Assembly: GCA_012295275.1 (NCBI GenBank)
Contig: CM022671.1
Coordinates: 24,800,001-24,864,000, forward strand
Length of the DNA stretch: 64,000 nucleotides
Direction of reading: 5' to 3'
Source of the DNA: Chrysomallon squamiferum
Taxonomy: Eukaryota > Animalia > Mollusca
Below, in pieces: positions 1 through 12,719 of the stretch (the stretch's first letter is position 1; the number at the start of each line of letters is the position of its first letter). The notes under the pieces are model-generated. The model had not been told where the DNA came from and searched no databases. It saw only the letters and a program-made list of their open reading frames with translations. The translations under genes were made by a program, and so were the position numbers.

Positions 1-672
1 CTGTCGGCCACAGCGTTTAGCAAACGAACACGGTATGACGTCAGGGTCTCACATACCTATTTCTCTACTGTAAACCGACCTTAGAAAAATTGACAATCAA
101 AATCGTTTATTACCTTCATCATTTGAATCCACCGAATTATTATCACACAAACATATTCCGGTATTTCACTTCCCGAATTATCAAAGTAATTATCACTTTC
201 GAAATTTGCAAAAAAAAAAAAAAAAAAAAAAAAAATTAGAAACAAAAAAATTATTTGCTCAACAATGTGGAGGCTGCCATATTGGATAATAATATAACAA
301 ATCCCCGAACCAAATTCCTAAGTAATTTAAACGATGACGATTTCGTCCTGATTAAATTAATATTTATAGAAAAAGACGATAGTTTCAAGGTGGCTGCACA
401 AAAGTGGAAATTAAATATATAAATAAAATAAATACAGATACTGAAGTTACGAGTTTTCAGCATACTTCTGAAATTTGTTTTCGTTCTTTATCTCAAACAA
501 TTTCGTAAATGTCGGTTTAATATCTGAAAAAACTTATACCTTATTTGAAAATGTAGTTACTGTTTATTGTTCAACATTGTTTTAATTGCTTTCCTCATTT
601 GCTGCAGTCAATTATATTTTATTTTTATTTGAAAAAAAAAAAAAAAAAAAGAAAGAACTAAAACTGAAAATA

Positions 673-3600
673 ATGAAGTTATCTAAATATCGGAATATAT
701 TCTCGAAAATTGTTTTCAGACTTGGGTTGACATTCATTTTAGTAATAAATTTAAATTATCTTTTCAATTTGTTTTTGAACCAAGAAGACACTATTCTGAC
801 GAACAAAACAAATATAATTACATTGGATTATCGGATTACAAACGACAGTTCCACTCTGGAGACGAGAGAAATCAGTTCCACTGTTATACAAAGTGAGAGT
901 GACAATCAAGCAACTCAGTGGATGGAAACAATTTTTGAAAGTGATCTGAAATTAACGTCTCACACGTGGTTTCCAGTAGACACCGACGCTATTATGTTTG
1001 TGTATTCTGCATACTACGACAAAGACAACGACAACAATGTGCCATTTGTAAGAGTCATAGGAACCGGACTGCAAGAGGGAAAGCAAAAAGTGATGTGTGT
1101 CATTCAGAGGTCAGCCAGCTCAAAATATCTGGACACTGAAATAGCCAAGGTGGAAATCATTCCTGAATCACATAACACAAAGTAAGATACTTTTTAATAT
1201 TTGAAATAATTCAAAATATATAAATAAATAAATAGCAAGTATATACGTAAACCAAATAAATAGAGAAAACTGCGGTCAAATATCGATCGGTTTAATATCA
1301 GAGATCGAGTAACATATGGTTGTAACTTTATCACCTTTCATTTGAAAACTTTCCTTCCCGACACAGAAGGACTTGAGAAGTAGAGCCTTTAGTTTGTTAG
1401 GTATATTTGATTGTTTTCAGTAAAATTCAGTTGAGTTAGAGTTATAAATGTAGGGCAAAACGTCAGATTGTCGATTGTCCTTTTATCCATTGTCAATAAC
1501 CTTCTTGCCCCGTTGATTTGTGAGCCTTTTGTCAAAAAAATACGACTAACTTAGAAACCTGACACGCAAAGGTACCTCGTTTGTATAAGATAAATTACAG
1601 TAAAATAACGAATCATGTTTTCTATCAATATTTGTGTTTTACCTGAATAAGCTCTGTTATTATTGTTTAATATGGATAAATATGCCCACCGGACAACTGC
1701 TCCCCAGGACAATTGCCCTCTGGACAAGTGGCCCTATTTTTTCTTCCAATAATGATTTTCATGCATAATGGCATATATACATGAAATTCAGCGTAGTCTC
1801 TCCATAGTTCTCTAGTAAAGCTTTGTATAGCAACAGTTCATTCACAAAGACAGGTTCAACTATAACCAGGTATACTAGGCACTTCTTACAACAGTTCATT
1901 GACACTTTTCAGTTTTCACACTTTTATGTTTTGTGCTATTCCTCTCAAATAGTCCAGGACCTCTCGGTTTTCATACTGTCTGACCAGTGTCAAGAAACGC
2001 AGTGAAGCTTCTTGGTATTTTCGACGAAGTGGTTGAGGTGCTTCTCCGCCAATCATCAGGTTTATTTCCAATTCATTATCGCTTGTTCACACTTTAAAAT
2101 ATTTATAAACTTCTAGAAATTCAGATGGTAGGCACCAGTGTTTGACTGGAAGCAATGGTGCCACCCTTCCACGAAGTTGTTAGTTCGCACAACATTCTTT
2201 TCCAACCTCTGGTGCATGTTCCACATGCTGACAATGTAACGTGGATCATGTATGCGACCAGCTCTGCCATACTGGCAATAGATGAAGTTGTCCTCAAAAT
2301 ACTCCAGTATTTGTAATACAGAAACATCTCCATCAGCTTCAGATAGTGCTTCAAAAGCTGCCGTGACTTCATCCACTGGAACGAATGCAATTGCAGCTAT
2401 CTGACGGATCAGTAAAGCGTCGTGACGAACTGCCAGAGTAATGACTTGAATTTGGCACCAGATGAATTGGCTCAGATGAAAGAAGCATCCAGTTACTGTA
2501 CAGTTTAGCTTTACAGACGTTTTGCTTTCTGCCTTCACACTCATAAGAAATCACTCCACCACTGAGTTCCTTCTGTCGGACATACACATAGTTTCCGAAG
2601 GCAAGTTTTGGATGACCACACTCTGAGTCAATGAATTCCATCTTATAGAAAATAATATTTTTGCTACAAGGCACTACCTAACATACTGTTTCATTCATCT
2701 CAATTATAGATCACTTGCCAAATCAAAGAAAGCTTTAGCATTTAATTACCCTGTATTAGTAATTAGCTGACTCTAGTTAGCTTTGATGTTAAATGATATT
2801 TTATAAGATCTTTTAGCAGATCAAAGTAATCCAATTGACTTTACTCAAGTTTAATTAGTAATTAGCTGACTCTACTTAGCTTTCACCAAATTCCTTTAAT
2901 CAAGTTTAATGTAACACACGTTGACTAATTTATTGGAATATTGCTTGAAAATCATTCTGAATGGTATATTTGAAGAAAAATTGGGGGCAGTTGTCAGAGG
3001 GAGGCAGTTTTCTGGGGGCAATTGTCCGGGGGGCACTTGTCCTGATATTGATAAATATATTAGTGTATTTTATTTAACATCAGACCGAGTGAATTTTATA
3101 TCTGTTAATTTTATATTGTATTGCTAATCATATATTTATTTATTTTTTAATTACCTTTTTTTTACAGCTATTATTATTATTTTAACAGCTTATATATATT
3201 TCTAGTATTAAATTTATTTTTATCGCTATTTTGTCAACTACAGTACAGGCACTCCTCAATTAACGTTCCATTCCTACGCGTATTGGTCGATAAGCGAGAA
3301 GCCTCCCCTCCTCGGATGTTTCAAACATACTTGTTGTGGATTTGTGTCAGCCACCTACAGATATAGTTTTAATGTCACCTTTACACCTTTCATAACATTC
3401 TTAGTATATCATTAGATGCTTATACAATAATCTACTACGTTCTGTAATAAACGATAAAAAGAGGAAATCATCTATAATAGTTACATTACTTATGTTTGGA
3501 TACTGTAAGCACAGGTAAAGGTTTTTATTTATTTTTGATAAAGAAAAGGATTTTGTTTTAACTTATTTTAAATACTACAGAAAATAAAATACAATCAGTG

Positions 3601-5205
3601 AAGTGAAAATTAACATATTGTACTGTAGGGTGCTTAACATAAAAAAAATTCGTAGTAGAAAAAGAGTCTTCCAGATTGCCAGCGCTAGTGTAGTGAATAC
3701 TGATCGACTGATCTTTGATGAAAATGATGATGATAGATAGATAAACAAAACATATTTAATTAATAAAATAGTTAAAGTACTTTCATCTAAACATTCATCC
3801 AAATATTTAAAGCAATTTGAACCTTACAAAGATGTATACCTGTGTTTCTAAACCTTTTTTTTATTCCACTCCCTCACTTGAGGTTTTCAAAACAATCGGA
3901 TACCGCACCATGGTATAAGGTATGTGTTATATACGTATTGAAAAGGTAAGTCATAATGATGTAAAAGCTTTGAAAAGGTCAAGGGCACGCCTTACCGGCT
4001 GATGGATTAATATGATCACGGTGATGTAGTTTTTAATTATCACGATATGGGGCATGAGTGCAGATTCAAACTTTTGATAATTAACTTTTTGCTTCAGTTT
4101 CTAAAATCTACAAGAGATTATCTAACAAAAAAAAAAAAAATAATAATAATAATAACAAAAAAGAAACCAATAACATTATTTGAAGTATAAGATGCATTAT
4201 TATTGTGACAGATGTTTAAAACAGATTTTCTTTCTGTCTGCAGCTTAACTATTATTAATACATATAGTAATTTTAACTATTTCTTTTCGTTTTATTCCCT
4301 ACAGTCATTCAGCTTTATTTATCCTGTGCAAGGTGTCGCACAACACAAAACCATATGCTGTGACTATCGTTGGAACCAGCCGCACTAAAGTGAGAAACAG
4401 ACTGCTAATCAATTACCCAGAACCGCATCGTTTCAACATTACAGTGTGCCTGCCTTCTCTACATTCATATTATAACAACGAACCTGAAATCATTCAGTCC
4501 ATAGAGCTTGATCAAATTTTAGGCGTTGACCATTTCATCGTGTACGATTTTTCTATCGGACCCAAAGTGAAAACTGTTTTACAACATTATTCCAGTTTAG
4601 GTATTCTGGACGTAAGGGTTTGGAATCTACCAAACATGGATATTCATTATTACGGACAAATGGCGTCCATCAATGACTGCGTCTATTCCAATAGAGGGAA
4701 ATCAAAGTACGTCATTGTAAAAGATGCAGATGAAGTTATCGTCCCTTACAAAGATAAAACTTTACCGAAACTCATCGAGAGAATGATGGACAATAACACT
4801 TTGGCTGCGACCATCATGTTTAAGCATACGCTTTTCGACAAATCGTGGCCTGACGAACTGGATGGTTTTAAATTTGCTTCTAAAGCTAAAGAACTACAGC
4901 TAACAACTCTTCTCAAAGTGTGGCGAGAAACAAAGATAACTAAGTCTAAACAGAGATCTAAAACAATATATATACCAAACAGAGTAATCACATCAGGAAT
5001 TCATTTTGTTTGGAATGTTCGAAAAGGTTTCGTTAATATTGAAGTTCCAACTAATGAAGGGTTAGTTCATCACTACAGAATATGGTATGGAAAACTATCG
5101 AGACAAAAAGAATATTTTCTGAGGCAATATAGTAAAGAGTTGATTGAAAGATGTAATAAAACATTGAGCATCATTCACGACAATTTCATTATCCTCAATT
5201 CATAA
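673..5205 (+). CDS. Glycosyltransferase family 92 (DUF23, GALT-1-like beta-1,4-galactosyltransferase) paralogue A, 2 coding exons, ~469 aa
   Basis: Exons 673-1181 and 4305-5205 are joined by a phase-2 GT-AG intron (aa|gtaaga...cctacag|t). The product has an N-terminal TM helix (LGLTFILVINLNYLF) and the motifs FVYSAYYD, VRVIG, ITVCLPSLH, GVDHFIVY, YYGQMASINDCVY, DxD motif KDADE and terminal LVHHYR, typical of GT92. Confidence 0.88.
1684..3049 (-). mobile_element. Internally deleted, degenerate Mutator/MULE DNA transposon in the intron of GT92-A
   Basis: Imperfect TIRs built from GGACAA(C/T/G)TGCCC subrepeats (1684-~1770 vs ~2940-3049). Candidate 9-bp TSD GATAAATAT at 1675-1683 and 3050-3058. 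Minus-strand FLYWCH-like start at 2641 (MEFIDSECGHPKLAFGNYVY...YECEGRKQNVCKAKL), followed in another frame by MULE transposase motifs GCFFHLSQ, AIAFVP, LEYFEDNFI, WN...RTNNFVEGWH. Confidence 0.85.
2113..2641 (-). pseudogene. MULE transposase remnant (FLYWCH fragment fused to the C-terminal half of the catalytic region; frameshifted, premature stop)
   Basis: ORF-track peptides 2369-2674 and 2113-2544 carry the two fragments in different frames. The central part of the DDE domain is missing. Confidence 0.8.
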
Positions 5206-5287
5206 TAATAAGTAAAACATTTAACTTGCAGTATTCTTTGAAATATAATTTTCTATATGTACGTGTTTAGCAATATATATATTTTTA

Positions 5288-5436
5288 CAGTAGTACCTTA
5301 ACTTACGAGTTTAATTCGTTCCGCGACCGAGCTCGTAACTCAATTGGCTCGTATATCAAATCAGTTTTTCCAAATGAATGTAATTGAGATACCATTACCA
5401 CTCTAAAACCACCCCATTTGTTTATTTATTTTATTA

Positions 5437-5474
<38 letters not shown>

Positions 5475-6076
5475 TTTTTTTTTTTTTTTTTGGTAACCTT
5501 TTTAAATAAGAAAAATGTATTTACAAATGGCAAATATTGTAAAAAAACTAAATAAAAGAATGTAAAGAAATAAATTGGTTTTGTAAAGTGTATTTAACTT
5601 GGAGATCAGAAAAATTATTTTAACGCCTTTGGCTGGGGTTTCAGCCTTTATCGTCTCCTTCAGCTTCATTATGGTACTACGCTCGTACTGCCTAGCCAAG
5701 TCGACTAGATGAACAACTCGCTCGTGTTTATCTGTGAATTCAATGGGCATCATCCGCTTCTTCTTCTCAGCACCGTCCTTTGCACTCACTTTCTTAGCAT
5801 CCATTATCAGAAAAAAGCAGTTTGGCAAAATACTGCTGAAAACGCGAGCACAACACAACAGAGATGCGTCCGCGGCGAGATAACCACGTGAAGTAAACGA
5901 GTGAGACGCAGGATTCTGGCCGGATATTGTATTGTTCGTTGCGCCAACTAGCGGTGGTGTATCTGAAGCTCGCTCGTAACTCGGATTTTGCCTCCAACTC
6001 AAAGCAAAAAATCGAACGGGTGACTGCTCGTAACTCGAGAAACTCGTAAGTTGTGGCACTCGTAAGTCGAGGTACC

Positions 6077-6080
<4 letters not shown>
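5288..6080 (-). mobile_element. Non-autonomous Tigger/pogo (Tc1-mariner superfamily) element, 793 bp
   Basis: TIRs CAGTAGTACCTTAACTTACGAGT (5288) and reverse complement CAGTGGTACCTCGACTTACGAGT (6080). TA on the left flank; the right flank is a (TG)n tract. From ATG 5804 the minus strand encodes MDAKKVSAKDGAEKKKRMMPIEF..KHERVVHLVDLARQYERST..KETIKAETPAKGVKII, a Tigger/CENP-B-type N-terminal HTH; the rest of the transposase is deleted. Confidence 0.88.

Positions 6081-6127
<47 letters not shown>
6079..6127. repeat. (TG)n microsatellite abutting the Tigger TIR
   Basis: Direct inspection. Confidence 0.95.
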
Positions 6128-6130
<3 letters not shown>

Positions 6131-7667
6131 TCATTAACTTGGTTTTTTTACGTAAATATTGTTCCTGTTGTAACTTGAAATGAAAATGAAGAAAATAACT
6201 CGTATTTTGTTTCACAGATTTAAATAAACTTACATAAATAGAATCCGTACAGTAGTAACCTCATAAAATAAAATAGGCTTCTCATTTAGATGTCAAAGAA
6301 AATACGGTGCAATGTGCATACAAAAAAGATGAGTCATTTGTCGCTCCCTGCACTGTTATAATTGAAAGCATTAGTTTTAGTGACACAGAACATAACCAGT
6401 TATATGTTCTGCTTCACATGCAACATACATTTGATTATAATAACTTCCTCAGTCTAAAAAGGTCTTATTGTAGTGCTATATTATGTATACAACAAAAAGA
6501 AAATGATCAGTTGGAAAAAAGATTTCTTTCTTTTTTTTTTTTTTACTTCTGTCTGAAGCTACTAAGTATTTATGGGAAAATATTATAACATGAAAATACT
6601 TTTATACAAATGTTGGTAATTATTTTTTTGTCTATATTTTCGTTTAAATATAAGTAATCGAGAGAGAGAGAGAGCTAATTCAATGAGGTAAAAAAAAAAC
6701 GTAGGCTGAAGAACAGAAATTGATACATCCTGTTTAACCTTGCATCTGTTGATTATCCTATTAAATTACCTTAGTATTATATGTACCTTTGTTAAAACCT
6801 TCCCCACAATTAATGGCAGAAACCTGTTCACCCCAGTTCAGATCCTGAAACTGCTATGCATATAAAAGGTTTTAAATGCTAATTATTATTAATACAAGTT
6901 AATATATTATTATATATATATATGATATGCCTGACAAGTCAATTTCTTCTGCGGCTGATTTATTTAAAAAGGCAAAGCTTCATCATAAGAAGGCATGCAT
7001 AACATTTATCAGTTTCTTGGAATTCCGAATCACTGCTCCAGATTCTATTTGAAGATATTGTGCAGTGCATTTGTGATGACCAATCTGTTAAGAATGACAA
7101 GCATATTCTTGTCTATTTTAGGAAACAACTTAGACAGTAGATCAAACATAGTTTTTAATTCATGTTTCCAACATATCTACTTATGAAGACACGAAAACAA
7201 TGGATGTTCTCCCATTCAGGTGCGGTCATCAGCGATTTAGTTTCATAGTACGAATTTCTCACCCCTCAGTTCCGGTATATGAATGCTCTTTACATCAGTT
7301 ACAAATGCTAAAAAACAAGTCAAGCACAAACATGATATTCCTTAGATATTATTCTTTAAATAAAAAATGACACTGCATTTAATATTAATTTTAATACAAC
7401 CCATTTTCACTTTACCGTTTCGAAACGTCCGACTGAAAATGCGTTAAAACCTAACTAAAAAATAGGGCAAGATGAAGGTAACTGAAAAAAATAAAAATAA
7501 AAATAAATAATAATAATAATAATAATAATAATGTAAAATAATAATTATATTAATAATAACAATAACGACAACAACAACAATAATAATAATAATAATAACA
7601 TTAACAATAACAATAACAATATAAAATAATAAATAAATAGATTATAAATAAATAACACAAGTGAATA

Positions 7668-8780
7668 TTAGTTGTGCTTATTTGCAACAGAGTTCTGATG
7701 TAACCGATTCAGGGTTTTATTACATCTGTGTATCAGCTGTTCACTGTATAATCGCAAGAACTCTTCTTTCAGTTTGCCTCTCTTTTCTTCTGTTTTCCCA
7801 AATCTGTAATGATGAAGTAAACCTTCGTTAGGTCGAACTACTATACTCAGAAATGGACGACGATTTTTCCAGCTGAAGTGTATACCATTAACAATGACTC
7901 TGTCTGGAATTCTGATGGTCTTGGCCCTTCCTTTACTGCCATATGTAAAATTTTCTCTCCATACCTTTAACAAAGTATTCAGCTGCAGTCGTTTCGCTTG
8001 TGGAGCATACTTGAAATTTTTAGTATCATCAGACCATGTTTTGTCGAAAAAGGTATTACGAAAGGAGATAGATCCAGCTCGCGGATTCTCTTTCAACAGC
8101 CTTTTGATAAGTGATGGCAAGTTTCCGTCTTTATATGGAGCAAGCACCTCGTCTAGATCTTTTACAATCACAAAGGCTGATTTTCCTCGGTTTGAATAAA
8201 CACAGTCATTGACAGCTACCATTTGGCCAAAATAATGTATATGTATGTGTGGTAAATTCCACGTTTTTATATCCAGAATACCCAGATCAGAATAATATTT
8301 AAACACTTTTAAAACTTTAGGTCCTATCCAGTATTTGTAAATAACAAAATGTTCAGCGCCTAAAATTTGGTCTAGTTCTATGGATTCGACGGTGCCAAAA
8401 TCGTTATTGTAATTGGAATGGATGCAGGCTAGACAGACAGTGATGTTGTAGCGATGTCTTTCTGGATATTTAATCAGAATTTTGTTCTTCACCTCACTTC
8501 CACCTTCGCCAGTTATTGAAACAGCAAAAGGTTTTTTGTTGTCAGGCACCTTGCAGATGACAAATAAAGCCCCATATCTGAAGAAAAGAATGGAAAAAAA
8601 TATATATTTATTTATTTCAAAATTATAATGATAAAAAGATTCCATGACTTAATATATTGTTTACTTTACATTTAGCATGTGAAATAAAAAAAAAATAAAA
8701 ATAAAAAATAAATGAAAAAAAAAAAAAAAATAATAATAAAAAAAAAATTAATTAAAAAAACTGAATAAAACACCAGTATG

Positions 8781-8813
<33 letters not shown>

Positions 8814-9990
8814 AATAAATAAATAAAAGAAAAAAGAAGAAAAGAAAAAGAGAAGCACTTGTTTTCGAGTAAGAAAACAAAATTCGTTTATGTGAGTTGT
8901 TTTTTCCCTTTCTTTTCATCAAGTTTGTAAAGAAATAAATAGCTTAGGCTGAGGTGGTCATGCATGAACTTCAACCAAAGAAAAAAAGAGCAACGAAATA
9001 CACTTATACATGCGATAATTCACACTCAAGATATTAATATCAGTTTTTGCTATTAACCAGGAACCTGAAATAACAGTGTTTATACCTGCTTTTGAAAAAA
9101 TCCGCCATGTTTTTAATAACAATATTATTAGAAATTAAAATACTTAACACAGACTGTTATTTTACAATCTATTCAAGTCTACTGATTTCATTTTAAAAGT
9201 TTCCCATATCAAACCGAAGAAAAAGATATATATATATACACACACATACATACACATATATATTGTTCTTGTTAAGTTTCCTAGATATATTCAGGTAACT
9301 GAATTTGAATTTAACATGCACTTTTATAGCGTATAAGATAACGATTTAGAATAATAATTAAGCAAAAACTAAACAGTGGATCTTTACTTCACACAGTGGT
9401 AAAAAAAAAATCTATATATAATATTACATATGAAAAATAAATGAATATTTTCTGTCAGTAACAAGTACAATTATAAAACAGTTGATAAAATAACGTGCTT
9501 ACTTTTTCTTATTAACATCGGGCATAATTTCAACAGTGGCAGAATGAACGTCCAAACACTCGTTGTTGGAAGTCCAATGAATAATACAAGTAACATTATG
9601 TTTTACATTAACTAACCCTGCCCCGATCACTCTCACGATAGTTTCATTGTTGTCGTTGGTGTCGTAGTAAGCTGAATACAAAAAAATATCAGTTGCGTTG
9701 CCCGTTGGAACCCAGAACTGAGAAGTTACATTCAGCGTTTGTTCTGCTATCTTTGACATCCATTTCGAACTTCGGCTATCACATTCAAGAGATGGAGCTT
9801 TTACTACTGTCTCAGAAAATGTCAAATATTCTGTAAAATTGTTTTTAAAATTAACGTGTGAGTTTAAAGATCCGTAAATATTTCTCCTTTCTCCAGCATT
9901 GAATACCACCAGCATTAAGTATACCATTACAGATACTAGTCCAGTTACGAGAAGCGCCTTAATAAAACGCTTTAGCGAATGAAGACCCAT
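7668..9990 (-). CDS. Glycosyltransferase family 92 paralogue B, 2 coding exons, ~465 aa
   Basis: Exons 9990-9503 and 8577-7668, with a phase-2 GT-AG intron at the same position as in paralogue A. TM helix near the N-terminus; motifs FLYSAYYD, ITVCLACIH, YFGQMVAVNDCVY, KDLDE (DxD) and LLHHYR. Confidence 0.88.
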
Positions 9991-11402
9991 CTTAAGTTTA
10001 ATATTCTTCTGAACAATGTTTATCCGAGACCTTCACTCTGAAATAAACCGAAATATGTCCCTTTTTTATTTCTTCTTCTTCTCCAGTTTATTACATATAA
10101 ATCTATGGAGCAGAAAACCTCAGTAGTAAACTGCGGTACCCGTTCACATCGTATTTCAGTCCAACGAACAAGACAGCCATTACCCCGATAAATCAAGGCT
10201 CAGTCTTATTTACTCGTCGCAGTCAATACCTGAATCAAATCTGATTCGCGCAGAGGAGAGGCTGCTCTTTCAAAATATGAAAACCAGCGAGCTCAAGTAA
10301 TCAGGTTTTTTTTCAGTTAGCTATTTCGAATAAAATGTCATTTTAGCATTATATGATTTCGATCTATTTTATTTATTATTTTTTTTATTCATTATGTTGT
10401 TGTTATTGTTATTATTACTGTAAATAATAACTATATATTTTATGTAAGTTTAGCAACATTTCTGTTAATGTTGCAAATTAGTTCATAACGAGTCGAACAA
10501 ATGAAACAAATTTTGTTGTGTTAATAGTTATAATTGTTGATAGTCAGATTATGGTAAATATGAGATTTTTTGGAGGCTCCTTTAGACTACAAGGCCCAAA
10601 GCTATAGCTTTATAATTTATGTTTTTAAACCGCCACTGAAGAGGATTAATTATATCAACAAAGAATAAGAAGATTTTAACCTGTTTTCATAATCGCAACA
10701 ACAACGAATTTTAAGGTTTAAACATAATTATACCCTTCAGTACATTATCAACTGTATTATTTCCAGATTATTTTATGACTATTTTTTTTTTTTTTTTTTT
10801 TAAATTAAAGTTTTATACTGTCGTATGAATTTTACGAAAGATACATGTAAATGATCCTTTTGATTCTAAGAATCAGTTTACAGTTAGGCGAACGTTGATT
10901 TCCTTTTTCATTGCTTCCTGCTACTTTACATTACATACGAAGCCCTGTAACCGTAGATGTCCTGTAACAGTGTGCTGAATAAGATATACGTTGCTTTATT
11001 ACAGGTAACAAATTGTCTTAAATAATCTATGGAGCTTTGAGAATGGCTGTCCCCTTTAATAATTTGTCATGATATAACGCATGTGGTTCTTGTCTATGGC
11101 CAGAATGTGCATACACACCCGTAACTAGACTCTTTCTGAAATGAGGCTAAAACTGATGTCTTTGAAGTCAGTTATTTCTTTCATCGCAACAGTATCGGTA
11201 GACTTCAAACAGTAACCGTAGACATAAACGAATTCATTCAGAAGAAATCGTTTCTATCGAAATAGAGATTTATATTTTATATTTTTAAAATAAAATGTTT
11301 CTATATATAAAAAAAAAAAAAAAAAAAAAAAAAAATCGTCAGTTTGGTTATGTTATGATGCATTTGCCTCATTTTCCTCAATGTAGTTACGGCCAAGGTA
11401 TA

Positions 11403-11441
<39 letters not shown>

Positions 11442-12682
11442 TATTAATATTATTACTCATTGTTATCATATAACATATAATTTTTAACATACTAGATATT
11501 CATTGCTGTTGAAGACATATGTTATATGCAATATCAGAAAGATTTTTACATAATGATATGTATTTCAGGCATCTAAATACAACTATTTAACAATTAAATG
11601 TATAAAATAAAACCGTATTTTTAATGATAATACAACAACAACAATAAATAAATAAGTATTTTTTTTTTTTTTTTTTAAAAGGCTCTATTTTATCTACTAT
11701 AATATTTTTCAGCATGCAAGTCAAGAGGCTGAGGATGAGTGGGGAGGAAGGGAAAAAAATGTCCAAGATCTTTTTGAAGACTGTCCTACAGGCAGTTTGT
11801 AAGATCCTTCTGAAAAATGAAACTTTCCTAGACCTTCACATGATTAAAATGATTAAAGCCCGTTTCAAATAGTTTCATCAAATAGCATTCCCGAAACTTT
11901 CAGTACTCATCAATCCTCAAATGTGTTCATTACGCTCATTTTTCAATTTTATAAAGAAAACCGTTCGTTACGTAAATATTATTTATAATTAAAAGCTGCT
12001 CGTTATAGCACAACCCACTGAATCTCATTTAAAATCGATGCACTGAATAAAACACCAGTAAGGAAATAAAAAAAAAAATTAAAATAAGAAAAGAAAAAGA
12101 GAACCACTTGTTTTCGAGTAAGAATACAAAATTCGTTTATGTGAGTTGTTTTTTTTTTCCCTTCCTTTTCATCAAGTTTGTAAAGAAATAAATAGCTTAG
12201 GCTGAGGTGTTCGTGCATGAACTTCAACCAAAGAAAAAAAGAGAAATAAATTACACTTACACATGCGATAAGGCACACATTCAAGATATAAACATCAGTT
12301 TTTGCTATTAAACAGGAAACTGAAATAGCAGTGTTTATATCACATGCCAAACAAAATAACTTTAAGCTTTATCTGTCATACTTGTGTAGTTAGCAATGAG
12401 ATTAGAAAAGGTATATCAATATAAATAAATTTTAAAATTACAAATAATAATAATAATAATAATAATAACAATAATAATAATAATAGATTGATTTTGTTAT
12501 CTAGAGTCTGTTTTAAAATCTGCTACTTGAAACGAGTCATGGTAGATTTTGAAAAAATCCGCCATGTTTTTAACAACAATATTATTAGAAATTAAAATAC
12601 TTAACATAGGCTGTTATTTTACAGTCTATTGAAGTCTACTGATTTCGATATTAAAAGTTTCCTATATCAAACCGAAGAAAAA

Positions 12683-12719
<37 letters not shown>

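Noticed and set aside
30-290. TGACGTCA (CRE) motif, minus-strand donor-like sites (~57, ~113) and a YY1-like motif suggesting the first exon of a divergent gene
   Set aside because: Short motifs only and no recognisable coding sequence; cannot be evaluated at the window edge.
3244-3540. TA-CAGGCACTCCTCAATTAACG resembling a Tigger/pogo TIR
   Set aside because: No matching second TIR or transposase peptide found; at most an old fragment.
6940-7300. GC-richer, coding-like stretch between the GT92 genes
   Set aside because: Frames are short with stops, and I recognised no protein family.
11766-11808. Short hairpin GATCTT...ACTGTC/GGCAGT...AAGATC
   Set aside because: Too short and imperfect to call a miRNA or other ncRNA.
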